From contig JAHQWH010000155.1 in assembly GCA_029856105.1 (NCBI GenBank), positions 1-64,000 of the forward strand: DNA of 64,000 bases, written 5' to 3'. The notes below the pieces were generated by a model that saw nothing but the letters and a program-made list of their open reading frames with translations, ran no database searches and had not been told where the DNA came from. Positions 21,356 through 32,015 of this stretch are shown here, piece by piece; the first letter of the stretch is position 1, and every line of letters begins with the position of its first letter. Source of the stretch: Promethearchaeia archaeon. GTDB lineage: Archaea > Asgardarchaeota > Lokiarchaeia > Sigyniarchaeales > SOKP01. A program made the translations under genes and the position numbers.

Positions 21356-22024
21356 ATGAATCACATCAAAATTTTAGACCAAATTGAACAAGCCTTAGAA
21401 GGAGAAGCTCACCTTGACGAGTTAGCTAGAAAAAAACAAGATCCATTTAAAATCTTAATATCTACGATATTATCTGCAAGATCTAGAGATTCAAATACTA
21501 GAGAAGCTACAAATAGTTTATTTATAAAATATAAAACTCCAAAAGAAATCGCAGAAGCGAGCGTAGAAGATTTAGAGATGTTGGTTTTTAAATCAGGCTT
21601 TTATAAGGTTAAAGCGGCTCGCATTAAAGAAGTTTCTCGAATAATAAAAGAAGATTATCAAGGAATTGTGCCAAAAGACTTTGAAGAGTTAGTTTCTCTA
21701 CCTGGAGTAGGTGCTAAAACAGCTAATTGCGTATTAGTATACGCCTTTAAGATTCCCGCAATACCAGTGGATGTTCACGTTCATAGAATCCCTAATAGAT
21801 TAGGTTGGATAAAAACAACTAAACCAGGGCAAACAGAAGAAGAATTAAAGAGAATTATTCCTCGAGAGCAATGGATTAGAGTGAATCGATTATTTGTGCG
21901 GTTTGGGCAAGAAATTTGCCTGCCAATTCGTCCCAAATGCGATATTTGCCCTTTAAACGACATTTGTTCTAAGGATTTTTCGATGGAAATAGCTATGAGA
22001 AATAAAAAAAAGAAAAAGAAATGA
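21356..22024 (+). CDS. nth: Endonuclease III (HhH-GPD glycosylase with 4Fe-4S)
   Basis: LISTILSA, LPGVGAKTA, PVDVHVHR, C-x6-C-x2-C-x5-C. Confidence 0.95.
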   Translation: MNHIKILDQIEQALEGEAHLDELARKKQDPFKILISTILSARSRDSNTREATNSLFIKYKTPKEIAEASVEDLEMLVFKSGFYKVKAARIKEVSRIIKEDYQGIVPKDFEELVSLPGVGAKTANCVLVYAFKIPAIPVDVHVHRIPNRLGWIKTTKPGQTEEELKRIIPREQWIRVNRLFVRFGQEICLPIRPKCDICPLNDICSKDFSMEIAMRNKKKKKK

Positions 22025-22026
22025 TT

Positions 22027-22605
22027 TTAATAAGTTTCAAAGGATTTTTTCTTCCTTTTAAGAGCATAGCCCGCTAAAAATCCTCCTAATAAGCCAAAAA
22101 TATGAGCAAAATAGTTGATTCCGGGCGAAAACGAGGAAAATACGAAATAAAACACATAAAATAAGCCTACAATTATTAAGGGAGTGTCCCTTTCCACGAT
22201 TGTTAACGATAAAGTAGCTCCAATCAACCCGAAAATTGCACCAGATGCGCCTAGGCTTATTACATTAAAAGGTAACAAAAATAATGAAAACACATTTCCA
22301 ATTAATCCTGAAATTAAGTATATCAATAAGAATTCGAATTTAGAAAAAGTGAGCTCGACATAGGTTCCAAAAAGCAAGAGTGCTATCATATTAGAGAAAA
22401 GGTGCATAGCGTCACCGTGTAAAAACATTGAAGTAAAAAGTCGCCAAATTTCAAGTTCGACAAAGACTTTATTATTGATTTGAACCAATTGATAAAATAA
22501 ATCCTCGAAAGCTAAAGAGAAAAAAATGTACAAAAGTACATTTGTAGAAATCAGAAATATTGTTATCCTAGCTTCCTTAAAATTTGATGCGTCTAAAACA
22601 TACAT
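22027..22605 (-). CDS. Rhomboid intramembrane serine protease
   Basis: WRLFTSMFLH, HLFSNM, GASG, AHIFG. Confidence 0.93.
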   Translation of the reverse strand: MYVLDASNFKEARITIFLISTNVLLYIFFSLAFEDLFYQLVQINNKVFVELEIWRLFTSMFLHGDAMHLFSNMIALLLFGTYVELTFSKFEFLLIYLISGLIGNVFSLFLLPFNVISLGASGAIFGLIGATLSLTIVERDTPLIIVGLFYVFYFVFSSFSPGINYFAHIFGLLGGFLAGYALKRKKKSFETY

Positions 22606-22704
22606 AACTTAATTATCCCAACAGATTTGACAATTAGTATTTTATAATATTTTAATATAAATAGATATAATAATTATAATATTTATCAATATTTTGTAGA
22701 CAAA

Positions 22705-23841
22705 ATGGAAAATCGTAAATTATTTCGTTCAAAAATACAGTTGTTATTTACGCTATATTTTAATGGCTATTTGAGAGATATTAGGCTATTTAAGGCATTT
22801 TTAGACGTTCCTCTAAAAGAATTTATACCAAAAGAAATACAGGATCAAGTTAGAATTTACAACGATGCCCCAGTTCTATTTTACTTCAATAAAGAGCGAC
22901 CAGATACACTTAGAACGATCTCTGCTCCCCATATGATTTCGATCATGTTACAAGAATTAATTTTGAATGTTAATGACGATTTACTTATTTTAGGAGCAAA
23001 GAGTGGATATATCGCTGCGTTAGCTCATAAATTAGCTCCAAATGGTAGAATTGTAATAATAGAAGCAAATCCAAAGATTGCAAATGTTACTTTAGAAAAT
23101 TTAAGAAAAGCTAATCTACTTGAGAAAGTTGAAGTTATCGTAGGAAACCCATTATTTGGATTTAATGAACGATATCCTTGGCAAAAAATCCTCGTAACTG
23201 GTGCTATAAAAGAAGATCGAATATCTACATTATTACAACAACTCGATCCGAACGAAGGCGTTTTGTTCGCTCCAATTGGCGAAGATTTGATTCAAACATA
23301 CACCCAAATAATTCGTTATGAGGAGAATTTTTATGGAAAGAAGCATTTACAAGTAAGGTTTACTCCACTAATGACTCAAGTTGAATTAGACGAATTAAAA
23401 TTGGATATTGATTATGAAGAATTGGATGTAACAATCAACCAATCAGAAGCAGATAATTTTATTGGCACTCCTTATACGAAAAATATGTCCGTTAACTATG
23501 AATCTAATATATTAGATGAAGTAAGGCTAGAACCTTATTCAAAAAGTCAATCTTACGATATAAAACCTGAGAATATCTTTTATGCTTTTCTACAGCATAA
23601 GGACCAAACAATCAATTCGGCAAATAATAAGGAAAACCTAGAATATTTAGAAAATATAATTAATTCTTTAGAACAAATAAAAACATATAATGACTTCATT
23701 AGAAAAGAAATTGAAAAAAGGAAATCTTCTGATTCCTCATTATTTGATAAAAAAATTAAAGTAATTGATAAATACCAACTTGAAGTCAATAGCATACAAA
23801 AAAGAATAAAGAAAGAGATAAATAAAATCCAAAAACAATAA
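22705..23841 (+). CDS. Protein-L-isoaspartate O-methyltransferase-like protein with C-terminal helical extension
   Basis: TISAPHM, LILGAKSGY, ILVTGA, LLQQL, APIG, VRFTPL; then ~150 aa charged tail. Confidence 0.75.
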   Translation: MENRKLFRSKIQLLFTLYFNGYLRDIRLFKAFLDVPLKEFIPKEIQDQVRIYNDAPVLFYFNKERPDTLRTISAPHMISIMLQELILNVNDDLLILGAKSGYIAALAHKLAPNGRIVIIEANPKIANVTLENLRKANLLEKVEVIVGNPLFGFNERYPWQKILVTGAIKEDRISTLLQQLDPNEGVLFAPIGEDLIQTYTQIIRYEENFYGKKHLQVRFTPLMTQVELDELKLDIDYEELDVTINQSEADNFIGTPYTKNMSVNYESNILDEVRLEPYSKSQSYDIKPENIFYAFLQHKDQTINSANNKENLEYLENIINSLEQIKTYNDFIRKEIEKRKSSDSSLFDKKIKVIDKYQLEVNSIQKRIKKEINKIQKQ

Positions 23842-23865
23842 GATTACATTAAAAACTGCTCATTA

Positions 23866-24948
23866 TTAGCAATTATATTTTCCATACTTTATTGCAGCAT
23901 TAACGAATGTTCTCACATTTTCTATTGGAATTTCTTTAAATATAACCGTACTAGGACCTATGATAAAGCGTCTATTTTCTTTCAAAGCGGTCATTAATTC
24001 TTTTACGTGAGATTCAATTTGATCTTGAGTTCCATATGGAAGTGTATAGGATACGTCCCCAAAACCGACTATTACAAAATCCGGATGGTGTTCATTTACA
24101 TAAAAAGGGTCACATCCTCCTTCAAACCCTTGTAATCCTTGGAATCCAGCTTTCTTAAAAGATGAGATTAATTCTGTGACATCTCCATCAGTATGAATTT
24201 GAGAAATCATACTGGCATCCGAAATAAGCGAATTTAATTCTTTGTAATAGGGCATAAAATCCGTTTCCCACCTTTTAGGTGAAATCATTGAACGATCTTT
24301 ATATGCAACATCGTCTAAAATAGTGATGACTTTACCTCTTTTTCCTGTTGCGTTTATTAAACCTCTCAGATTAGTTTGTGTAAAATGAGCGTAAAATTTA
24401 ATTAATTCTCTGTAAAGGGTTGTGTTCTTTTTGAAATGATAACTAAAATTTGACATACCCATACTTCTCCACACTCGATCGAAGATACCGTCTACAGTTA
24501 AAACAGGAAAAATGTAGGGTGATATCTTTTCATAACGAGTTATAGTCTTTTTAATTATTTCACTATTGTCTATTTCCTTTAGATTAGCACTGAGTTCATT
24601 TAAGAGGTCTAAATTATTTATGTATCCGCCTTCATAATACGAAGTTTTGCGTCTCGTTGATTGTCCATCTTCTTTTATTCTAACGATTTTTCCCGTCCCA
24701 TCGTACACTTTAACGCTTTTTATTTTAAAACTTAAGGGAAATGGGGCAAAAACAGAATCAAACTTTAAAGCAAAAGGAATGTCGAAATAGAGGTTATTAA
24801 ATAATCTCTCATTATGACTGTTTAATATTTTTTCTTTATTTTGCGTGATAAATTCTTCTCTAATGTATTGAACATGTGTAGGAACTCTATCTAGCTTTTT
24901 CCGCTCATTATCGTCGTAAACTGCTAAATAACGCTCGCACGAATTCAT
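23866..24948 (-). CDS. Uroporphyrinogen decarboxylase/MtaA-CmuA superfamily protein
   Basis: LDRVP, DDVAYK, HTDGD, GDVS..LPYGT, IPIENV. Confidence 0.8.
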   Translation of the reverse strand: MNSCERYLAVYDDNERKKLDRVPTHVQYIREEFITQNKEKILNSHNERLFNNLYFDIPFALKFDSVFAPFPLSFKIKSVKVYDGTGKIVRIKEDGQSTRRKTSYYEGGYINNLDLLNELSANLKEIDNSEIIKKTITRYEKISPYIFPVLTVDGIFDRVWRSMGMSNFSYHFKKNTTLYRELIKFYAHFTQTNLRGLINATGKRGKVITILDDVAYKDRSMISPKRWETDFMPYYKELNSLISDASMISQIHTDGDVTELISSFKKAGFQGLQGFEGGCDPFYVNEHHPDFVIVGFGDVSYTLPYGTQDQIESHVKELMTALKENRRFIIGPSTVIFKEIPIENVRTFVNAAIKYGKYNC

Positions 24949-25044
24949 ATACTTATAATAATGAAATTTTACTATAAAATTGTTATTTAATGATGATTCT
25001 GTTTTAAATAAAGAATAAAAAAATAGGTTAATAAAAAAGATTTT

Positions 25045-27150
25045 TTAAGTATATTTTTCTTTAAACTCCTTTAACTTTGCTAGTACTTCGTCTCTTAAAG
25101 AACCAACGACTAATTTATCTGTTTTGATATCTTTAGCAAACTGCATAAATTGATGTAAAACAAGCCCCGGGGGAAATTGGTCCCTCATATCTTCTATGAA
25201 AGCGCCTAAGACATTTCCGGTTATGGTTTGATCTATTTTCTTAAAAACATTTGAAAAAAGATCGTTAATAAGAGCACTTTTCCCTGTACTTATTGAAGTA
25301 ATAGAACCCTTAACAGTTTGAGCGGGAGCCCCTACTTGATTATCAGATGATTGAGTTAATTCAGAGCCCTCACGGCCTTGAACAATGATCTCTGGCTCAT
25401 ATCTTGGATAATCACCCTGTCCAGAACAAGTGTAATTAAGATTTAACGATTCATTTCCCTTCAATTCAGCAATCTTGACTTGCAATTCAGATTCTTCCCC
25501 AATTTTCACAACATTATAGTCATCGATGTTAATATTAGTTAAATTAAAACCTCTAGGGATTTTATCCTTGACAATAATATTTTCTAATTCTACATTTCCT
25601 TTATTTTGAATTCTAAGGCTAATGGAGAATTCTCCTTCAGACGTTCCAGGTTTTATGCTTTTAAGCGTTTTCAGTTTACGCTTAACGTATTTCACTTTGA
25701 TCTCTGGTTCCATATCTGGAGATTTAATAAATAAATTTCCTTCAACTGGGCTATTTATTTCTATATTTACAGGAGTTTTATAAAGCGTTTCTGTAGGTGG
25801 TCTTGGATTCCTTGCTTTAAGTGGGTATGAGACAATTAATTTGGCGCCTTGGATAAATTCGCTAGATAGATTGAAAAGTTCGATAATAATTTGGTGTTTT
25901 GAGTCTGGACTTTGGTCATTCGGTGCAAGCTCAAGTTTTTTAGTAAAATCAGTCCGAGAACTAATATCTATGTTTCCTAGCGTAACTTTAACTTGATTTA
26001 TTAATGGTGGTACAAAATCTTGGGGAATTTCATCAAGAATGTTAATTGCTCCTATAATTGAAGTACCATTATTAACAATTGTATTTTCTATTACCATGTC
26101 TGTATTCGCGTAGGCATCAACCTCGGGAGGGTTAATAGATTTATTTACATTAGCTCTTAAAACGGGGTAAACGGTGGACTCCTTATTGATTTCACCAACA
26201 ACTCTGGTAAGCACTACAAATAACGTTGTAAATTCGATCGAGGAACTTAATTCAGGAACGTCTTTAGATTCAACTTGAAAATCATAATCCCACGATTGTT
26301 CAGGATTAAGTAACCGATTAGGGGCTTGAGATACGACGTTTTCGGTTCCCGTAGTAATTTTTTGTAACACCTTAACGTTTTCTATTCTCACTTGAAACTC
26401 TGACTCGTTAATAAATTCAACACTACAATCCCACATTCCCGGTTGAGATCCTTCGTCTCTATCAATTCCAGACATCGAATCAGTGAGCCCTCGAACTTCT
26501 GGATTAAGCATTGTTAGTTTATAATTATTGATTAAGTAAGTAACATCTAAAGTTCCTAATGCTTTTACATCGTTATCTTTCAAATTTACCGCACAAGTTA
26601 ATTCTAACTCAGCTTTTTGTTGTCCATCTAACGAAACAATATCCCAACTCAAAAATCTTAATTCTGACTCTTCAATTATACCAGCAACACCGATATTAGG
26701 ATTAAGAATCTCAATTTCTTGGAAGAACGAGGGTATTTCTCTTTTCACTTTAATGTTTGAAATAGGTATGTCTAAGGGATTCGTTAGTACTAACTTCAAT
26801 TTGCATTTATTTTCTGTTTCAAACAGAAACGCGTTATTTACTTTATCTGAAATTGATGTAGTAGTATCGAAAATATCGACAACTTTAAGTGAAGGTTCTT
26901 TTAAATTTTGAACTTCGTATTCGCTTTTATGTTCTTGAGTAGGGTTTAAAATTCCCACATCCAATTCTCTCGAACTAATTGTTGTGTTAACAATTTCTTT
27001 TAAATCGCATCCTAAATTCCATAGCCGACTTTTCTGGGAAGGGTTCTTTATTAAAATTTTTCCGTTTCCTTTTATTTCTTTTTGGTTTAATTGCCCATCT
27101 AAAAGAGTTTTTTCATTTTCTGTAATATCAACGATTATTAAATCAGACAT
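25045..27150 (-). CDS. Hypothetical protein with repeated Ig-like beta-sandwich domains
   Basis: Recurrent N-x(5-6)-NI.V.(D/R).IP..F and L.P....Y/F patterns; no signal peptide or TM. Confidence 0.6.
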   Translation of the reverse strand: MSDLIIVDITENEKTLLDGQLNQKEIKGNGKILIKNPSQKSRLWNLGCDLKEIVNTTISSRELDVGILNPTQEHKSEYEVQNLKEPSLKVVDIFDTTTSISDKVNNAFLFETENKCKLKLVLTNPLDIPISNIKVKREIPSFFQEIEILNPNIGVAGIIEESELRFLSWDIVSLDGQQKAELELTCAVNLKDNDVKALGTLDVTYLINNYKLTMLNPEVRGLTDSMSGIDRDEGSQPGMWDCSVEFINESEFQVRIENVKVLQKITTGTENVVSQAPNRLLNPEQSWDYDFQVESKDVPELSSSIEFTTLFVVLTRVVGEINKESTVYPVLRANVNKSINPPEVDAYANTDMVIENTIVNNGTSIIGAINILDEIPQDFVPPLINQVKVTLGNIDISSRTDFTKKLELAPNDQSPDSKHQIIIELFNLSSEFIQGAKLIVSYPLKARNPRPPTETLYKTPVNIEINSPVEGNLFIKSPDMEPEIKVKYVKRKLKTLKSIKPGTSEGEFSISLRIQNKGNVELENIIVKDKIPRGFNLTNINIDDYNVVKIGEESELQVKIAELKGNESLNLNYTCSGQGDYPRYEPEIIVQGREGSELTQSSDNQVGAPAQTVKGSITSISTGKSALINDLFSNVFKKIDQTITGNVLGAFIEDMRDQFPPGLVLHQFMQFAKDIKTDKLVVGSLRDEVLAKLKEFKEKYT

Positions 27151-27276
27151 TTTCTCTGCTTCCTTACCTTTTATTGATTTATTGACAATTTTTTAACAAT
27201 AAAAAAATAAAGTTCAAAAATATAAATTTTAGGAAATAGAGAATTTTTTAATCAAAATTAGGATTATTTAATTAAG

Positions 27277-28131
27277 TTGAAAGATCAAAATAATTTTTAC
27301 TTTTGGCAGATTATCGCGCAATTTAACGATTTAATGAAATCTGCCATTGAAGGACCTAATTGTACAGATCCTCAAATTTGTAAAGGAGATTGTTGTTCTA
27401 TCAAAATTGATGTTCCAAAAATTCTAGCTGAGGAATATATTAAAAGAGGACATGCCAATAGGAGAGATTTCATTAGAAGCAACATATTTACTTTTCAGTT
27501 AAGGTTTAATGAAAAAACAGGAAAATGTTTTTTATTTGATAAAGAATTAAATGGATGTTTGATTCACAAATCTCGAATTAAACCACCCCAATGTTGGATT
27601 TATCCTACAGGATTCTCAAATCCAAATAATATTGAAATTAATTGTAAGAAAAGCTCTGGATGGAAAATAATTGATGTTGCGAAGGCAAAAGAAGCCGAAG
27701 AGCTTTTGCAAAAATACATTTTTCTATGTAATATTGAAGCTAAAAAAGAATTAAGATTAATTAGAGAGAGATTAGGTTATAAGGATAGTAGAAATTCAAA
27801 ATTAAAGTTTAAACTTTTAAAAGAAGAGCTTATGAGTATTGCTCCAAGTAACTTAGGAGGGTTTAAAGATTTATGGGAAAATTTCGGACTTTTACCTGCT
27901 GAAGGTTTGTCTTTACAAATGAAAAAATTTTGCTTTATTCACAATAGTAAATGCAATTTTCTCTCTGATAATTTCTTGAGTTGTAATAAAATCTGTGAAG
28001 TGGTAGCAAACAAATTAATCCAATTCCTACGACTTAATTTATATCCATACATTAAAAAAAATAGTTCGGATATCTGCGGCGATTATCCTTTATTTAAATT
28101 GTTCAACCACAGCAATTTATTCTCTGGTTAA
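27277..28131 (+). CDS. YkgJ/CxxCxxCC-type cysteine-cluster protein
   Basis: C..P..CKGDCC, CFLF, CLIH..RIKPPQCWIYP. Confidence 0.7.
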   Translation: MKDQNNFYFWQIIAQFNDLMKSAIEGPNCTDPQICKGDCCSIKIDVPKILAEEYIKRGHANRRDFIRSNIFTFQLRFNEKTGKCFLFDKELNGCLIHKSRIKPPQCWIYPTGFSNPNNIEINCKKSSGWKIIDVAKAKEAEELLQKYIFLCNIEAKKELRLIRERLGYKDSRNSKLKFKLLKEELMSIAPSNLGGFKDLWENFGLLPAEGLSLQMKKFCFIHNSKCNFLSDNFLSCNKICEVVANKLIQFLRLNLYPYIKKNSSDICGDYPLFKLFNHSNLFSG

Positions 28132-28313
28132 TAATGTTGCGTCATTAAGGATTTTTGTCGGATAGTAAAATAGTTATTAATCTTAATACATCTTGAATAT
28201 TCCGAAGATAATATCTATGTATTACTTATTTTTAAGATTATTATCTTTATCTGTTTAAATAAGATTTATATATTAGATAGGAAATATATTTAATTAAAAA
28301 TTAATGTGATTTA

Positions 28314-28682
28314 ATGTCATTTGGAGATAAAAAATTATCTGAACTTACCGAAAAGGTTTTTAGTGAGAAATATGAATTTGTTGATGGACCGCAAAAAATA
28401 AAAGGGCAATCCGGTAAATATTGGACGTTTAACGCGGTTATTAATAACGGGAAACATGGTAGATATGGAGTATTTATTCGAGATTGGAAAAGAGAAATAT
28501 CCATTACACAATTAAGACAACTACATAAAGCATGCGTTGATATCCCCGAGATAGAAGGGGGAATTATGATTTGTAATATTGCCACAGATTTTTCGCGTGA
28601 TTACAGTACTCAATTTGGAATTCAGCTTCTATCAAGAGGGCATTTGGTCTCCAAATTGAGGAATAGAGAATTCCAATTTTAA
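28314..28682 (+). CDS. Small Mrr/PD-(D/E)XK restriction-endonuclease-fold protein, catalytic motif degenerate
   Basis: IKGQSG..WTFN, GIMICN, FS..Y...FGIQLL pattern. Confidence 0.6.
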   Translation: MSFGDKKLSELTEKVFSEKYEFVDGPQKIKGQSGKYWTFNAVINNGKHGRYGVFIRDWKREISITQLRQLHKACVDIPEIEGGIMICNIATDFSRDYSTQFGIQLLSRGHLVSKLRNREFQF

Positions 28683-28785
28683 AAATTTTTATTTCTTTTT
28701 GGCACACACTCAAGAATTCACCATTCTTAAGAAAGTAAATTTATTTAATTCTCATTCTATTTACTTAAGTGTAATATATTAATTA

Positions 28786-29997
28786 ATGATTAAACCTACA
28801 AAGTGGAATATTGTGCTTACAAATAGAGTAAAAGGTGTTGATTATGCCATAAGAGAAATAGCTGCTGTTGCCCATGAAGTAGCTAAAAGTGGTAAAAAAG
28901 TTTATCATTTAAATATTGGAGATCCAGTTGCCTACGACTTTCCTACTCCAGAATTTATTTCAGATGCTTTATTTAAAGCTAGTCGCGAGGGTAAAAATAA
29001 TTATGTCAATTCACTAGGTGTTATTGAACTACGAGAAGAAATTAGTAGAATTCTTTATGAAAAACAAAACCTCAAAATTGGAATCGACGATATTCTGGTT
29101 ACTTCAGGAGTTACTGAAGGAATTTATTTTATTATAGCGAGCTTAATCGAAAATGGTAAAGAATTACTTATACCAGGTCCATCGTATCCATTATATATTA
29201 ATTATGCAAAATTTTTTGATGGAAAACCAGTTGAATATGCTCTTAACGAGGATGAGGATTGGGAGCCTGACATTGAAGATTTAAGGAAAAAAATTACAAC
29301 TAAAACTCAAGCAATATTAATATGCTCTCCAAATAATCCAACTGGGGCTATGTACGGAGAGAAAAAAATTAAAGAAATAATTAATTTAGCAGGAGAATAT
29401 GATTTACCTATTTTATCTGATGAAATTTACGATCAAATTACATATGATAAGCCGTATGTCTGTCCCGCCTCCTTAACCAAAGACGTCCCCATTATTGGCT
29501 TAAACGGTTTTTCAAAAACGCATTTAGTAACTGGGTGGAGGCTCGGATATCTTTATTACCATGATCCTGAAAACAAACTCGACGAATTAAAGAATGGCAT
29601 AGCAAAAATGGCGAGAGCGCGTCTATCTGCTAATTCTGTTGCTCAGTTCGCAGCAATAGATATTTTAAGAACTCCAAGCAATCACACCGTAGAAATGGTA
29701 CAGAAATTAAAAGAACGACGAGATTATTCGTACAATAGATTGCGAAAAATTGAGGGAATTAGTTGCGTTAAACCTAATGGTGCGTTTTACCTCTTCCCAA
29801 AATTAGATCTTAAAGAATTAGGAAAATGGAAAGACGATAAGGAGTTAGTAGTGGATTTACTTAAAGAGACTGGGGTCTGTATCGTTTATGGTTCTGGCTT
29901 TGGAGATTATGGAAAAGACCATATGCGAATAACTTTTTTACCAAAAGTAGAAATCCTTGATAAAGTATATAACCTAATTGAAGGATTCTTAAAGTAA
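28786..29997 (+). CDS. Class I/II PLP aminotransferase (alanine/aspartate aminotransferase-like)
   Basis: LNIGDP, SPNNPTG, SDEIY, GFSK..LVTGWRLG, GAFY. Confidence 0.93.
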   Translation: MIKPTKWNIVLTNRVKGVDYAIREIAAVAHEVAKSGKKVYHLNIGDPVAYDFPTPEFISDALFKASREGKNNYVNSLGVIELREEISRILYEKQNLKIGIDDILVTSGVTEGIYFIIASLIENGKELLIPGPSYPLYINYAKFFDGKPVEYALNEDEDWEPDIEDLRKKITTKTQAILICSPNNPTGAMYGEKKIKEIINLAGEYDLPILSDEIYDQITYDKPYVCPASLTKDVPIIGLNGFSKTHLVTGWRLGYLYYHDPENKLDELKNGIAKMARARLSANSVAQFAAIDILRTPSNHTVEMVQKLKERRDYSYNRLRKIEGISCVKPNGAFYLFPKLDLKELGKWKDDKELVVDLLKETGVCIVYGSGFGDYGKDHMRITFLPKVEILDKVYNLIEGFLK

Positions 29998-30235
29998 AGA
30001 TTTATTCTAACAAAATTTTTGATTTTTCAATATCTTTCATTAATTTCATATTAGCCACTTAACATTCGTTCTAAAAACTATTAAATTTTAAAAGTCCTTG
30101 AAGTTTAAAAATGGTGAAGGCTAATAATTTTAAAAGAACAAATAATCTCTTAGCCAAGGATTAATACAATTTTTTATTTATATTGATAGAATAATTAATA
30201 TATTAATTAAAAATGAAATGTAATGGTTTTATACT

Positions 30236-31984
30236 ATGATTATTAAAATCAATTCGTTAGAGAGTACAATTGAAATTTTTTATGAAAATTACATACATCT
30301 TCACGGCTTTTTAAAATTAAAAGCAAAAGATGAAAAAAATAACAAGGAATATATTATTATCGTTCAGATCCTTAATGAACAAACAATTTTGGATTATGTA
30401 TTAACGCGTCAAAAATTAAGAAACGTTAAAATGACAGAATATATTAAATCAGAATTAGAAATGGAATTGCAATATGTCATTCAAGGTCGTCCTATTATTT
30501 TTGTAGAAAAAGATAAAAAATCTAAAAAAGAAATTCCTCATGTAATAAATGTCTTTTTTGAAATTGAAGATTTAATGGAAAGTAAAGTACTCACACCTCA
30601 TTCCATGGAAATCCCAGAAGATCAGAGCGATGTTCACGAATACTTAAAACATATTTTCCCCCCCGATGGAATTTTTATGGGATATTTAGCATCTGAAAAA
30701 AAAGTGGAGGTATACTTTCCTTTTAAATATTTAATGTATCATTTTTTTATAGCTGGTGCTACAGGAATGGGAAAATCAAACTTAAACCAGGTGTTTATCG
30801 ATGGATTGCTCCAACATAATGCTCAAATAATACTTGGCGGCAAAGGAAATAGAATATCAATGCTAGCAATAGATATGCACGACGAATATGCTTTAGGTTG
30901 TATTAAATATGGTGTAAACGATATTTGCAAAGCTGTAAATTACAATAAAGAGTTAATAGGGTCGTGGTTTTACCTTTATCCAAATAAAGGAATACCGCCA
31001 ACAGAATTAAGAAGCGTTGCGGAGCCTTGTCTGATTAATTACCAAGAGATAAAGCCCGAAGATCTTTTTGCAACTGGTTCATTCAATGATTTACAAGTAG
31101 GAGCTATTTTTTCAGCTTATAGAAGCGATCAGGAAGATTATATTGAAAATCTATTGACAGACGGATATCGCCCTCCTGGCGGTCACGATGAAAAAACGAT
31201 GGCTGCAATAAGGAGAAGAATGCATTGGTTAGAATATTCGGAGATGTTTCAATCTAATGCTGCAAGCAAATTACCAGAAATCGTAAAAAAATTGGAAACA
31301 GGAGGAGTGATTGTTTTTAATGCGTCGATGATTTCAGATTTAGAACAATTTCTTTTTAACAGCGTTTTGGCCAGAACATTGTTTGATTTACGTAAATCGC
31401 TCAAATCTTCCTCAGATATAGCTACTTTGGAAAAAAAATTAGACCAAACATTACCTAAGAATTTTTATCAAAATTATAAAAATAATCTAAAGGACTTATA
31501 CGTTAAAACTGGAACAATTGTTAAAGATCCATCAGAAATGCCAATAATTATCTTTACAATTGAGGAAGCTCCTAGCATATTGCGCCCGGAAATGATGAGA
31601 TATAATAACGTATTTAAAGATATTTCACGTCAAGGAAGAAAGTTCAATTTGGGATTAGAAGTAATATCCCAACAGTATTCCCCCATAGATGATACTATTT
31701 TATCAAATATGAATACGGTAATTAACTTACCTTTAAGGTCTGAAAAAGAAAAAGCAGTAGCGGCTAAGACTTTAGGAGGGGGAATTCAACATAGCGATTT
31801 GGAATCATTAACTGGAACGAGAGGTATCGCGTTAATATCTGGAATTTGGCTAACTAACTTTCAAAAATTAAAAATACCTTTATACGATGAATACTTTGAG
31901 CGTCATTCGAAAAAGTTTTACGAAGATTTCTCGAAAAAAATAGCTTCTTTAGGGATATCTCCTCCCCCCACTTCGCTTTCATAA
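30236..31984 (+). CDS. herA: HerA helicase/ATPase
   Basis: GATGMGKS, IDMHDEY, IEEA, RQGRKF, ISQQ; first gene of the resection operon. Confidence 0.88.
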   Translation: MIIKINSLESTIEIFYENYIHLHGFLKLKAKDEKNNKEYIIIVQILNEQTILDYVLTRQKLRNVKMTEYIKSELEMELQYVIQGRPIIFVEKDKKSKKEIPHVINVFFEIEDLMESKVLTPHSMEIPEDQSDVHEYLKHIFPPDGIFMGYLASEKKVEVYFPFKYLMYHFFIAGATGMGKSNLNQVFIDGLLQHNAQIILGGKGNRISMLAIDMHDEYALGCIKYGVNDICKAVNYNKELIGSWFYLYPNKGIPPTELRSVAEPCLINYQEIKPEDLFATGSFNDLQVGAIFSAYRSDQEDYIENLLTDGYRPPGGHDEKTMAAIRRRMHWLEYSEMFQSNAASKLPEIVKKLETGGVIVFNASMISDLEQFLFNSVLARTLFDLRKSLKSSSDIATLEKKLDQTLPKNFYQNYKNNLKDLYVKTGTIVKDPSEMPIIIFTIEEAPSILRPEMMRYNNVFKDISRQGRKFNLGLEVISQQYSPIDDTILSNMNTVINLPLRSEKEKAVAAKTLGGGIQHSDLESLTGTRGIALISGIWLTNFQKLKIPLYDEYFERHSKKFYEDFSKKIASLGISPPPTSLS

Positions 31985-32015
31985 TAATATAATTAAAATT
32001 TTTAGGTGAATAATA

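Noticed and set aside
24990-25040. C-box-like ATGATGA
   Set aside because: No D box (CTGA) at a suitable distance; not called as a C/D sRNA
28717-30118. 13/14-nt inverted match TTCACCATT(C/T)TTAA flanking the aminotransferase
   Set aside because: No transposase or target-site duplication; compatible with chance in AT-rich DNA
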